Notes under the pieces: model-generated
The model's database searches: none
The model's input: only the letters and a program-made list of their open reading frames with translations
What the model was told of the DNA's origin: nothing
Position numbers and translations under genes: made by a program
Virus record (IMG/VR): IMGVR_UViG_3300027581_000017
Span: 1 to 38,684 of that record
DNA from: a virus
Taxonomy: Duplodnaviria > Caudoviricetes
Length of the DNA stretch: 38,684 nucleotides
Reading direction: 5' to 3' (one strand)
Shown here: positions 1 to 9,444 of the stretch, piece after piece
How the letters are laid out: each line of letters opens with the position of its first letter
Numbering within the stretch: the stretch's first letter is position 1

Positions 1-870
1 ACCACCACCACCACCAAGTCCACCATTTCCACCAACAGTTCCTGATGCGTTTGAACCATTACCTGCTATCCCAGCACCACCACCGCCACCACCGTTTGCT
101 CCTGTGCCGCTAGTTCCAGTACCACCTGTGTAAATAGTTCCATCTATACCAATGGCGTTTCCACCACTGCCACCTTGTCGCGCACCAGTTGTTGTAGTAG
201 CACCACCACCGCCACCACCTGCTAAACCTGAACCGCCGTTGCCACCAGTTTGTGAAGATGAACCTGAACCAATACTGCCGCCTCCGCCACCGCCTGAAAT
301 ACCATTGCCACCATTGCCACCTGTTGCACCAGCAAGGGAAGTGCCGCCACCGCCACCTGCGCCGCCGCCAACTCCTCCAGAGCTAGGTGTAACTGCTCCA
401 CCTGTTCCTGCTGTTCCATTTGGAATTCCATAATAGTTTGTGATACCAACAACACCATTACCAGCGCTGTATCCGCCACCTCCTGCACCGCCAATAGTTG
501 CAGCACTAAAGGGGCTTGCTCCGCCACCTGCGATGATATGACCGTAACGAGAATACCCACCAGCAGAGTTGCTTCCACCAGCACCTATGATGCAAGTTGA
601 TTGTGGAACAGTCCAACCCCAAGAAACGCCACCAGCACCGCCACCGCTTGCACCAGTTGCTAACCCACTACCGCCACCGCCAGTCATAATGACATATACC
701 CAAGTAATGCCAGCAGGAATTGTGACTGAGCCGCTAGATGTAATTGTTTGGCGAAGTTGCAATCCATACGGATTTACAAAAGATGTTTGAGCAAAAGGTG
801 TGTAATCAGCACTTTGCATACCAGTTGAAACTTCACTACCAACTTGCCCTCTGCGGTTAGGATTAGCCAT
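1..870 (-). CDS. Glycine-rich tail fiber/appendage protein, runs off the window start (not in ORF track)
   Basis: ATG at 870 and open to base 1: MANPNRRGQV...LQLRQTITSSGSVTIPAGITWVYVIMTGGGGSG...GGLGGGGG; paralog of 37696..38619. Confidence 0.85.
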   Translation of the reverse strand, partial: MANPNRRGQVGSEVSTGMQSADYTPFAQTSFVNPYGLQLRQTITSSGSVTIPAGITWVYVIMTGGGGSGLATGASGGGAGGVSWGWTVPQSTCIIGAGGSNSAGGYSRYGHIIAGGGASPFSAATIGGAGGGGYSAGNGVVGITNYYGIPNGTAGTGGAVTPSSGGVGGGAGGGGGTSLAGATGGNGGNGISGGGGGGSIGSGSSSQTGGNGGSGLAGGGGGGATTTTGARQGGSGGNAIGIDGTIYTGGTGTSGTGANGGGGGGAGIAGNGSNASGTVGGNGGLGGGGG

Positions 871-1232
871 TAGGAAATCCTGTTCACATAACCTGAAATC
901 GTAATAACAGATGCAGTGCCAGCAAAAGCTGCAACAGTATTTGCTGCAGCACCTGTTCCTGTCAATGGCAAACCAGCTACGATCAAAACATCACCTGATT
1001 GTGGTGCAAGATTAATTGGCTTTGCGTGTTGAACTGCACCAGTACCACCAAACTGCACTGTTAATAAAACAGGTGAGGTTGAAGTGTTGTTTGCATACAA
1101 CCAGATTTCATCAATAATTGATGCTGATGTGCCAGTTGAATGGATAGTTGTACCAGTTGAAGCTGTCTGAACAACTGTAATCGGCTGACCTTGAGTCGAA
1201 CCGCTAAGTAATGTTTTTGTAAAAGTTGCCAT
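870..1232 (-). CDS. Small beta-rich tail-associated protein
   Basis: 120 aa, Thr/Ser/Gly rich, tightly packed in the tail gene cluster. Confidence 0.6.
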   Translation of the reverse strand: MATFTKTLLSGSTQGQPITVVQTASTGTTIHSTGTSASIIDEIWLYANNTSTSPVLLTVQFGGTGAVQHAKPINLAPQSGDVLIVAGLPLTGTGAAANTVAAFAGTASVITISGYVNRIS

Positions 1233-1241
1233 TGTCTATTC

Positions 1242-2094
<853 letters not shown>

Positions 2095-2098
<4 letters not shown>

Positions 2099-2379
2099 GA
2101 TGAGATTCCTCTGAGAGCCTGCGCTGCAGGTAGTTGAGAAGTACTAGCGAGAGCGTTACATACGCCAGCAAGATCAAGGCGATTGTTGCTAGTCGTGCCT
2201 TGAATCGCATTAAGAACCCCCACTGTGTCTGTTAAGTTTGTTGTTACTGAACGTGCTACTGCCCATTGACGGGCAGCGAGTGCTCGCCCAACCATCGCCC
2301 CTGGTGCTCGATAGGTGCCACCATTAGCTAGACGATTTAGTTCATCTAATAACGTTGTTCCTGCTACTCCTAGTGCCAC
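2095..2379 (-). CDS. Hypothetical virion-region protein
   Basis: 94 aa, GTG start with AGGAG RBS, overlaps the next gene by 4 nt. Confidence 0.7.
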
Positions 2380-2390
2380 CTATATCTCCT

Positions 2391-2555
2391 TTACTTCTTC
2401 TTGTTTTTCTTTACTGCAGCGTTATCTACTAGATTCGGATATGGTCTTCCTGCTGCTTTTGCTCTAGCCTTAGCAGCAGATTTCTGTGCTGGCGTTAAAG
2501 GTGTTGACTTCTTATTAGGATTCTTTGTATCCCAGAAAGCTACTTTCTTTTTCAT
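2391..2555 (-). CDS. Small basic protein (54 aa, not in ORF track)
   Basis: MKKKVAFWDTKNPNKKSTPLTPAQKSAAKARAKAAGRPYPNLVDNAAVKKNKKK; ATGA overlap with upstream gene. Confidence 0.75.
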   Translation of the reverse strand: MKKKVAFWDTKNPNKKSTPLTPAQKSAAKARAKAAGRPYPNLVDNAAVKKNKKK

Positions 2556-2830
2556 TTGCAACTACAATCCCAAGCGCGAAGCGACTTGTTTATCCTAGAG
2601 TTTGGATCTTTAGCGGTTTTCGCTGAAGTTAGTTTAGCCTTAGCTCCACACATACGACCACAGAAAGACTTGCGCCGCCCTGCGGCTTTGGGAGATTTAG
2701 CAGCCTCAGCCTTTTTGACTGGAGGCTTGAGGTTCATCCCCTGCGCTTTGGCAGAGGCACGACCCTTGGCGTTCAGGCCACCCTTGGGGTTCTTGCCTTC
2801 TGCTCTTTGCCACGCTGGAGACTTAGCCAT
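2552..2830 (-). CDS. Basic phage protein (GKNPKGGLN...RRKSFC...W type)
   Basis: 92 aa, K/R/A rich; motif I recognise from aquatic phage head modules. Confidence 0.75.
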   Translation of the reverse strand: MAKSPAWQRAEGKNPKGGLNAKGRASAKAQGMNLKPPVKKAEAAKSPKAAGRRKSFCGRMCGAKAKLTSAKTAKDPNSRINKSLRAWDCSCK

Positions 2831-2953
2831 TTACTTTTTCTTTGTTTTCTTCTTTAAGGCTTTGAAATCAGCGCCAGTAATTTTATTAGTAGGCGTTGCG
2901 GCCTTAGCAATTTTGCCTTGCTTTGGTGTCATCATTTTATCAGCGTGTTTCAT
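2831..2953 (-). CDS. Small basic protein (40 aa)
   Basis: MKHADKMMTPKQGKIAKAATPTNKITGADFKALKKKTKKK; abuts neighbours. Confidence 0.65.
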   Translation of the reverse strand: MKHADKMMTPKQGKIAKAATPTNKITGADFKALKKKTKKK

Positions 2954-3105
2954 TATTTCACTTTCTTTGCTTTAGGTTTTGTGTGAGTAAGAACTTTGCT
3001 AGATGCTGAATGAGTTGCGCCAGTGTGTACTTGACCGTTCATTCTATGAACAGCACCAGTATATTCTTTTCCACTTTTAAGATAGTGTTTAGATGTTTTA
3101 CTCAT
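2953..3105 (-). CDS. Small His/Lys-rich protein (50 aa)
   Basis: MSKTSKHYLKSGKEYTGAVHRMNGQVHTGATHSASSKVLTHTKPKAKKVK; TAATG coupling. Confidence 0.65.
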   Translation of the reverse strand: MSKTSKHYLKSGKEYTGAVHRMNGQVHTGATHSASSKVLTHTKPKAKKVK

Positions 3106-3108
3106 TTT

Positions 3109-3228
3109 TTAACAGGCTTTGCCTTGAGCACCGGTCTGGATTGACTCGTATGTGCAGTACTTCATAGCTGATGCGTACTGCTTATCAGGTGTTGGGTACT
3201 TTGTAATTTCTTCTGTGTAGTTTTCCAT
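3109..3228 (-). CDS. Small hypothetical protein (39 aa)
   Basis: MENYTEEITKYPTPDKQYASAMKYCTYESIQTGAQGKAC; TAATG coupling to upstream gene. Confidence 0.55.
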   Translation of the reverse strand: MENYTEEITKYPTPDKQYASAMKYCTYESIQTGAQGKAC

Positions 3229-3350
3229 TATTTTTTCTTACCCATCTTCTTTATAACTTTCTTAGCTGCCATCTTCTTGTCAGTCTTCTTAACTGCCATC
3301 TTCTTCTTGCTACCCATCATAGGGGCTTTAGCGCCATACATATCCATCAT
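3228..3350 (-). CDS. Small Lys/Met-rich protein (40 aa)
   Basis: MMDMYGAKAPMMGSKKKMAVKKTDKKMAAKKVIKKMGKKK; AAGGAG RBS. Confidence 0.7.
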   Translation of the reverse strand: MMDMYGAKAPMMGSKKKMAVKKTDKKMAAKKVIKKMGKKK

Positions 3351-3360
3351 TGTATTCTCC

Positions 3361-3633
3361 TTAGTCTTTGAAGGTCATTGAGATCCCATCGAAAGCCTTA
3401 CCAGCCTCGTTGGAAAGTTTAACTGCTGCGTCTATATCTACACTCTTTGTTGAACGTGGTTCTATGCCCTGCCTTGTGGCATCGAAGTAGGATTGTAATT
3501 CCTTATCGTGCGCTTTAGCAGTAGGCAATTCTCTATGATTTGCCATACCTACACTCAACTCTAGTTCGCCTATCTTGCAACCAAAGCATCCTTCTATATA
3601 TTCTAGGTGCGTGGTGCGTCTATGTAAACTCAT
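3361..3633 (-). CDS. Hypothetical protein with H/CxxC motif
   Basis: 90 aa, H...GCFGCK, ATGA overlap. Confidence 0.7.
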   Translation of the reverse strand: MSLHRRTTHLEYIEGCFGCKIGELELSVGMANHRELPTAKAHDKELQSYFDATRQGIEPRSTKSVDIDAAVKLSNEAGKAFDGISMTFKD

Positions 3634-3950
3634 ACTATTGGAGTCACATAATCGTTGTAGCCAGCAGCAATAAGAACCGCTGCTTGCTCATTGCTAATCA
3701 CGTACTCGTGTCCACCAAGGAAGTAGTAACTAGCTGCTGCTAGATCATCTTGGCTTGGTGTCTGTGTCATTACAACAGTAGTACCGGTAACTAATAACGA
3801 TTGACCTCTTGGAACATCAGTCATACTAGGCGCGATAGCGCCATTAATAGTTCCACCAGTAAAGCGCCGACCTGCAAGACGAGCATATTTAGAGTTTGGC
3901 TCTGATATGTATGTCTCCCACCGGTACGGTGTTACTAATGTATATGCCAT
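3630..3950 (-). CDS. Hypothetical virion protein downstream of capsid
   Basis: 106 aa, GAAAGG RBS. Confidence 0.7.
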   Translation of the reverse strand: MAYTLVTPYRWETYISEPNSKYARLAGRRFTGGTINGAIAPSMTDVPRGQSLLVTGTTVVMTQTPSQDDLAAASYYFLGGHEYVISNEQAAVLIAAGYNDYVTPIV

Positions 3951-3969
3951 ATCTAACCTTTCATAAGTA

Positions 3970-3997
3970 GCAGAGGCGGGTTTGACCCCGCCCCTGC
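3970..3997 (-). terminator. GC-rich hairpin after capsid gene (partial terminator or mRNA stabiliser)
   Basis: GCAGGGGCGGG-GTCAAA-CCCGCCTCTGC followed by a weak U-tract. Confidence 0.55.
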
Positions 3998-4007
3998 CGA
4001 ACGGAAA

Positions 4008-5189
4008 TTACCCGTTAGTTGCGGCTGACTCAATACGAATGAGTGCAGACTCACGAAGGCGAGCGAAGCCTCCGAAGTAGTACCAACCGATTGTGCGGAA
4101 ACGACGTAGTGCGTCAATCTCTGGACCGATAACGGTTGAGATGTCTGCAGCTTGTGCTTCAGCCAATGCTTCACGACCGGCGATGATCGCACGGTAGTTG
4201 TTGGTAAATGTAACAGTTCCTGTATCAGCAGCTGAAGTAACGTTAGATGCTGTCTTAGCATACGAGAATGTTGTTGATGTAACTGCTGTAATTGTGGCAG
4301 CAGTATCGTTGACTGTTGTTGCAGTTACTGCAGCAACTGATACGACTTGGCCTACGCCAAGACCGTGAGCAACTGCTGTTGTAATTGTTGCAACGTTTGA
4401 TGTCAACGCAACGTTTGTGATGGTTGTAGTTGTTGCGATACCAGCAGCTAGCTTTAGACCGTTAAGGACACGTGGTGTCTCAACGATGAAAGCACCTTCA
4501 ATGACGCCAACTGCACCAGCCACGAATGGAGTGCGGTCAACATACTTTGAAAGTTCTTGAAATCCACCAGTACCAGTTTCAGCACGAAGATCGGCTGACT
4601 GACGTGGGTGGAGGTATGCAGCATATAGTTCACCCATACGAGGCAAAGCCTTGTTTGTGCGTAGTGTTACAACAGCGTTACGGATATCCGCAACTGTCAT
4701 TGTGTCTACTGGTAGAACTGCAGATGATGCAGTTGGAACAGTTCCTGTTGGACCATTGGAGAAGATAACGTTAGTTCCTGCTGACAGGACCTGACCTACT
4801 ACATTGTCAATAGAATCTGCTGCGTTGTAAGCAATGATGTCAGCAAGAGCTGAGTCAACATCGTTGAATGAAGTTAGGTTTAACTTCTTTGTTGTTGTTA
4901 CTGCTGAACCGTATTCGTTCAAAGTAACGGTAACCTGTGATGGGTTACCTAGAGCAATGGAAGATACATCAGATGTTTCTGTCAATGTTGAAGTAGCTTG
5001 CGCTAAGTCTGAATAGATTGAGAATACAACTGATGATCCTGGCATTGCCTGTTGCACTGGCTTGACGTCAGCAAGATTACGCATAACAGGAATGGAGCGA
5101 AGCGCCATTCTAACATACTGGTCGTATGCTGCTTGTACGAGGTTGCTGATCGTCGAGCTAGAGGTGGGGGTACCTGCTGGAATTGCCAC
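4008..5189 (-). CDS. Major capsid protein (HK97 fold, N4-gp56-like) with inserted beta domain
   Basis: 393 aa after scaffold; VTVTLNEYG, YAAYLHP...DLR, GAVGVIEG, D.L.RF.TIGWY motifs. Confidence 0.9.
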   Translation of the reverse strand: MAIPAGTPTSSSTISNLVQAAYDQYVRMALRSIPVMRNLADVKPVQQAMPGSSVVFSIYSDLAQATSTLTETSDVSSIALGNPSQVTVTLNEYGSAVTTTKKLNLTSFNDVDSALADIIAYNAADSIDNVVGQVLSAGTNVIFSNGPTGTVPTASSAVLPVDTMTVADIRNAVVTLRTNKALPRMGELYAAYLHPRQSADLRAETGTGGFQELSKYVDRTPFVAGAVGVIEGAFIVETPRVLNGLKLAAGIATTTTITNVALTSNVATITTAVAHGLGVGQVVSVAAVTATTVNDTAATITAVTSTTFSYAKTASNVTSAADTGTVTFTNNYRAIIAGREALAEAQAADISTVIGPEIDALRRFRTIGWYYFGGFARLRESALIRIESAATNG

Positions 5190-5219
5190 TTTGGTCTAGC
5201 CTTTCGTTAGGATCGGATA

Positions 5220-5690
5220 TTAGAGTCCAGACAACTTAATTAGATCGTCCAGTTCTTCTTTGCTATTTGTATTGAGTAGACGTTGCATAATGTCTGCGTT
5301 ATGTTCTGGTGAAGCACCAGAGTCTGCAGTGTTTGTCATTCTCTTATACGAAGCAGCATCGGCTGGATTCACATTAGGTGTTGCCTGGGTTTGGCCAGAT
5401 TCATAGCCGAATACATCGGCGTAATCCTCTAACCATTTAGACACGGACTCCTCAGTTGGGTCAATGTCCTGTGGGATAAATGAAGCGATCTTCGGATTTA
5501 TCCCGCGACTTGCGAGGGCATCCTTGATTGATCTTTCGCGCTGCGCCTTGCTTAGTCCATCGAACTGTGAACGAAGTTCAGCAAGTTCTTTGTCCTTTTG
5601 CTTGGATGCTTTGCGTAGTTGTTTAACAAGGTCGTTGCCGGTGTCTTCCATTGTGAAGTCATCGTCATCCTCGTAGTCGTAATTGGACAT
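5220..5690 (-). CDS. Capsid scaffolding protein
   Basis: 156 aa, acidic N-terminus and coiled coil, directly upstream of capsid. Confidence 0.75.
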   Translation of the reverse strand: MSNYDYEDDDDFTMEDTGNDLVKQLRKASKQKDKELAELRSQFDGLSKAQRERSIKDALASRGINPKIASFIPQDIDPTEESVSKWLEDYADVFGYESGQTQATPNVNPADAASYKRMTNTADSGASPEHNADIMQRLLNTNSKEELDDLIKLSGL

Positions 5691-5817
5691 TAGTCCTTCT
5701 CCCTATCAGTTGGTTTGATCGTTAGCCACATATCCAATCGGGGAACTGGTATGGCTCTAACTCCTGGTCTTCTTATCGCTCCACTAGGCCAGTAGTTCTA
5801 GTGGCAGGTTTATTTGT

Positions 5818-7017
5818 TTAGTAAGCGCCAGCTCTATCTCTAACTAGCGCTGTGCTGGTTGCTCCAGATTGACCACTAAAGGTGGCCTTCTCAAGTCCTG
5901 TAATTTTCTTACGCTGCGTAGCGGCTTCTTTTTTACCAGCAAGACCAAAGACTTCTGTTTCTGCTGTGGTCTGTGTATAAGGATCTTGACCGTATATTGA
6001 TGCTAGTTGTCCACCACGTGGAGCACCGCCAGCTACTGTCTCAAAGCCTTGTTGTGCTTGAGCCTTAGTAATACCAGCAGAACCAAGTTCTTCAGCACGT
6101 TCCATACCAGTTTTAAGTCCGGCTTGTATGGCTGCGCCACCGATTTCTGCTGCTGTTACTTTACGCTTGATAACATCTTTTCCATTTTTAGGATCAAGTG
6201 TATAAGCAAGAATGTCGCCATTTGTAATTTCAGGATAAAACGATTTAAGTGCAGCTAAAACTTCTGGATTGGAATTAAGAACACGATTCTGTGCAGTCAT
6301 AATTCTATCTTCTAACTCTATTGAATCAACATCATTGGCAATAAGTTGGTCAAAGCCAGCTTGTTTGCCAGTAGGATCTTTGGCATAATAAGAGGCAGGA
6401 AGTCCATAGTTACGCATAATGTTCTGGTATTGATCTTCTAAAGCAATATATTCTGCTGGCTTTAACGCCGAAAGACCTTTATCAAGACGATCTTTATTTG
6501 CACTAAAACGAAGTTTGTAAGCATCGGTATTCTGTAATTTAATAGAAAATTCCGATGGATCAAAAGTGCTGTTAATTAGATAATTTTTAACATCGGATAC
6601 TAATGAGCCAAGGCCATACTTGGTGAACTCAGTAAAAAGAATGTTGTAAGCAGAAGTACGTTCTCCTTTAGCCGCAGCAGCCGCAGTAGCGGCAGCAGCA
6701 GCGGCAGCTGTAACAGCTGGATCAGTTGCTACGATTGTCGCAGCATTGCCATTGGTTGAAATACCTGACTTTGCTGCAGTAGCTGCGTTTAGAGCAGCGC
6801 CTACATTGCCACCCTTAGCTTTAATAGCAAGGTATTCAGCATCAGATAAATCTTTAGTTGGATCGTATGAATCACCAAATTTACTGGTTACTAAGTTTAG
6901 ACCGCCACGACTAACAAGATATTCAGCAGCAGTCATACCTTGACTTCTAGCGTTATCTTCTAATATTTTGCGTTGGGCAACCGGAATAGAATTAATATCT
7001 GTAGTAAATGTAGCCAT
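5818..7017 (-). CDS. Putative internal virion/ejection protein
   Basis: 399 aa, helical and Ala-rich with poly-Ala linker, between portal and scaffold. Confidence 0.55.
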   Translation of the reverse strand: MATFTTDINSIPVAQRKILEDNARSQGMTAAEYLVSRGGLNLVTSKFGDSYDPTKDLSDAEYLAIKAKGGNVGAALNAATAAKSGISTNGNAATIVATDPAVTAAAAAAATAAAAAKGERTSAYNILFTEFTKYGLGSLVSDVKNYLINSTFDPSEFSIKLQNTDAYKLRFSANKDRLDKGLSALKPAEYIALEDQYQNIMRNYGLPASYYAKDPTGKQAGFDQLIANDVDSIELEDRIMTAQNRVLNSNPEVLAALKSFYPEITNGDILAYTLDPKNGKDVIKRKVTAAEIGGAAIQAGLKTGMERAEELGSAGITKAQAQQGFETVAGGAPRGGQLASIYGQDPYTQTTAETEVFGLAGKKEAATQRKKITGLEKATFSGQSGATSTALVRDRAGAY

Positions 7018-7020
7018 CTG

Positions 7021-9444
7021 TTACCCCATAAACCCAAAGTCTTGAAGCACTTGCTTAGTAGCTCTTGCTACTTCGCTGTTTGCTTGTTGCGTGTATTGCC
7101 AACGATCATCCTTGCGCAAAGTTTTTTGGTAATCGTAGAGATTTAATTCTCCATTAGGCGTGATAGCCATACGTAAAGCAGGATCACTAAGTTTAATTGA
7201 ACTAGGATCTTGTATTTCTAATACGCTAGCCATAGTATTTCTGTAAGGTGCGTAAATAGTCTTTAGATCAGTTCCATTGTCAATTAACTTTTTAATAGAA
7301 TCTGGTTGCCCAAGTTTGGCTACCTCACGTATCTGTTGTTTAATGTTATTTACATCTTCACCACTAGCAATAGCAGTTAACCAGCCAGAAATTTGGTTAC
7401 CAAAGTTCTTTTGCAGATCCAAGCCATTATCTGCGGCTGTTTCCTGAAGATCAGCAAATGTAGTTCCAGCAGTACCTTTATATTTACCAGTCTTAGCATC
7501 GGCATCAAATTTGAATATTGAGTTAATTTTAGATATGCCTTGATTGCTTCCTAGTTTAATTCCAGTATCGTAAAATTCTTGAGCCAGTGCGGTAATTTCT
7601 TCAATAGTATTAGAGGCACCGCTAATAGATGCTTGTACATTTAAGGCTGCTTCTATTTCAGCAAGTCCACGACCATAGGCAGTAGTTGTCTTTGCTTTAG
7701 TAATAGCATCTGGATCACCAGCAGCAGCAGCAATAAGGCCTTCGTAAATTTTTTTATCTGAAGCAATTTTAATTAAATCTGCTGGTTGATCTTTGATTAA
7801 ACCATTTTTGTTTTTAAGAACATTACCAATTTCAGTAATACCTTCATTGCTATTAAAGGAAATACCTTTATCGTAAAGTCTTTGAGCAAGTTCTTTTAAC
7901 TCTGCTGAAGTGTTTATAGCACCAGAGTCTTTTGCTCTAGTTTGTAAAGTAGCAACTAATTCTTTTAAGGCACGACCATAGGCGGTGTTGTCATTAGCGG
8001 CAGCAATTTTAGCAGGATCGCCTTTAGCTGCAACAATAAGTTTTTCGTATATCTTTTTATCAGCAGCAATCTGTACTAGATCTGCCGGTGTTTCAGATAG
8101 TAAACCAACATCTGTTTTAAGGGCAGCATTTACAGCAGCAATTCCTTCAGCACTTTCAAGGGTAAGACCTTGATCGTATAATCTTGTAGCAATTGCTGTT
8201 AATTCCTCAACAGTATTAGTCGCATTGGATGTTTTTGCTTTATTCTGTAAAGTGGTAATTATGTTTTTTAGACCGCGTCCATACTCTGTAGTTTCATTAG
8301 CCGCAGCAATCTTTGTGGCGTCACCAGCAGCATCTACGATAAGTTTGTCGTAGATCTTTTTATTAGCAAGACGCACATTCAAGTCAACTGCCTGATCTGC
8401 CACTAGGCCAGTCTTTGTTCTTAAAGCAGCATTTACAGCTGCTACGCCTTCATTACTGTCAAGGCTTATGCCTTGATTGTAAAGTTTTGTGGCAAGTGTT
8501 TTTAATTCTTCTGGAGTATTAATTGCAGAACTATTTTTTGCTTTTGCTTGTAAAGCAGTAATAATGTTTTTAAGTCCACGACCATACTCAGTGGTGTCAT
8601 TGGCTAAAGCAATCTTGTCTGGATCACCTTTAGCAGCAGCAATTAACTTGTCATAGATCTTCTTATTAGCAGCAATTTTTGTCAGCGCGGCTGCTTGGTC
8701 TTTGACCAGTCCAGTATCTGACTTAAAAGCGTTTTCAATTTCAGTTACTGCCTGAGCGCTATTAGCGCTAATACCTTTGTCGTATATTTTCTTAGCAATT
8801 GCTGTTAGTTCTTCAGGGGTATTAGTAGCGCCACTAGATTCAGCCGAGGCGCGAACGATTGCTAGTAACTCGTTTAATCCACGACCATAGGTAGTTGTTT
8901 CATTAAGAGCAGCAATTTTGGCGGCATCACCAGCGGCAGCTAAAACTGCATCGTCATAAACTTTCTTTTCTTCTTGACGAGCATAGTACTGAGGGTCTGT
9001 AGTCTTGATAACATTGATCTCTGCTGCGTAATCAATATCTTTAAGAATATTCTTGTAGGCAACGTTAGTTGCTAACTGACCCTTAAGCCACTGAACTTCA
9101 TCTAAACCAGTAATAGTAGTCTGGATGCCAGTTTTATCTTTTACCGCATACTTTTGAGAAGCCGCACCAGCTTCTTGAGCAGCCTTTAGTAGAGGCTTCC
9201 AGTACTTTAATTCAGCAGTAGTAGCGTTGCGCTTTATTAGTTCTTGAAATGTTTTGTTGATAAAAGCGGTAGCAGCGGTTGAACTAAAGATTGTTGGGTA
9301 CTTATTGTTAGTAGGCTTTGGGGTATCCGCAGGTTTAACGCTTGTGGTGGTCGTTTTAGCAGCAGCAGCACGAGCCAAATCGGCTTGTACTTGTGTCATT
9401 ACTCCTGTAGATACAAGAAGGTCATACAAGTCTTTAGCAGCCAT
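7021..9444 (-). CDS. Putative internal virion protein with five 101-aa tandem repeats
   Basis: 807 aa; KK(I/V)Y...GD..KI......T.YGR.L repeated five times. Confidence 0.6.
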   Translation of the reverse strand: MAAKDLYDLLVSTGVMTQVQADLARAAAAKTTTTSVKPADTPKPTNNKYPTIFSSTAATAFINKTFQELIKRNATTAELKYWKPLLKAAQEAGAASQKYAVKDKTGIQTTITGLDEVQWLKGQLATNVAYKNILKDIDYAAEINVIKTTDPQYYARQEEKKVYDDAVLAAAGDAAKIAALNETTTYGRGLNELLAIVRASAESSGATNTPEELTAIAKKIYDKGISANSAQAVTEIENAFKSDTGLVKDQAAALTKIAANKKIYDKLIAAAKGDPDKIALANDTTEYGRGLKNIITALQAKAKNSSAINTPEELKTLATKLYNQGISLDSNEGVAAVNAALRTKTGLVADQAVDLNVRLANKKIYDKLIVDAAGDATKIAAANETTEYGRGLKNIITTLQNKAKTSNATNTVEELTAIATRLYDQGLTLESAEGIAAVNAALKTDVGLLSETPADLVQIAADKKIYEKLIVAAKGDPAKIAAANDNTAYGRALKELVATLQTRAKDSGAINTSAELKELAQRLYDKGISFNSNEGITEIGNVLKNKNGLIKDQPADLIKIASDKKIYEGLIAAAAGDPDAITKAKTTTAYGRGLAEIEAALNVQASISGASNTIEEITALAQEFYDTGIKLGSNQGISKINSIFKFDADAKTGKYKGTAGTTFADLQETAADNGLDLQKNFGNQISGWLTAIASGEDVNNIKQQIREVAKLGQPDSIKKLIDNGTDLKTIYAPYRNTMASVLEIQDPSSIKLSDPALRMAITPNGELNLYDYQKTLRKDDRWQYTQQANSEVARATKQVLQDFGFMG
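7500..8967 (-). repeat. Five degenerate 303-nt tandem coding repeats
   Basis: YGR codons (cg[a/t]ccata on +) at 8882, 8579, 8276, 7973 and 7670, an exact 303-nt period. Confidence 0.9.

Noticed and set aside
152-790. Pro-rich plus-strand ORFs and the alternative minus ORF 222..584
   Set aside because: Antisense or off-frame shadows of the glycine-rich gene 1..870
3953-4261. Off-frame ORF over the capsid 3' end as a programmed frameshift extension
   Set aside because: No slippery sequence seen; it would add only about 18 codons past the stop, running through a hairpin
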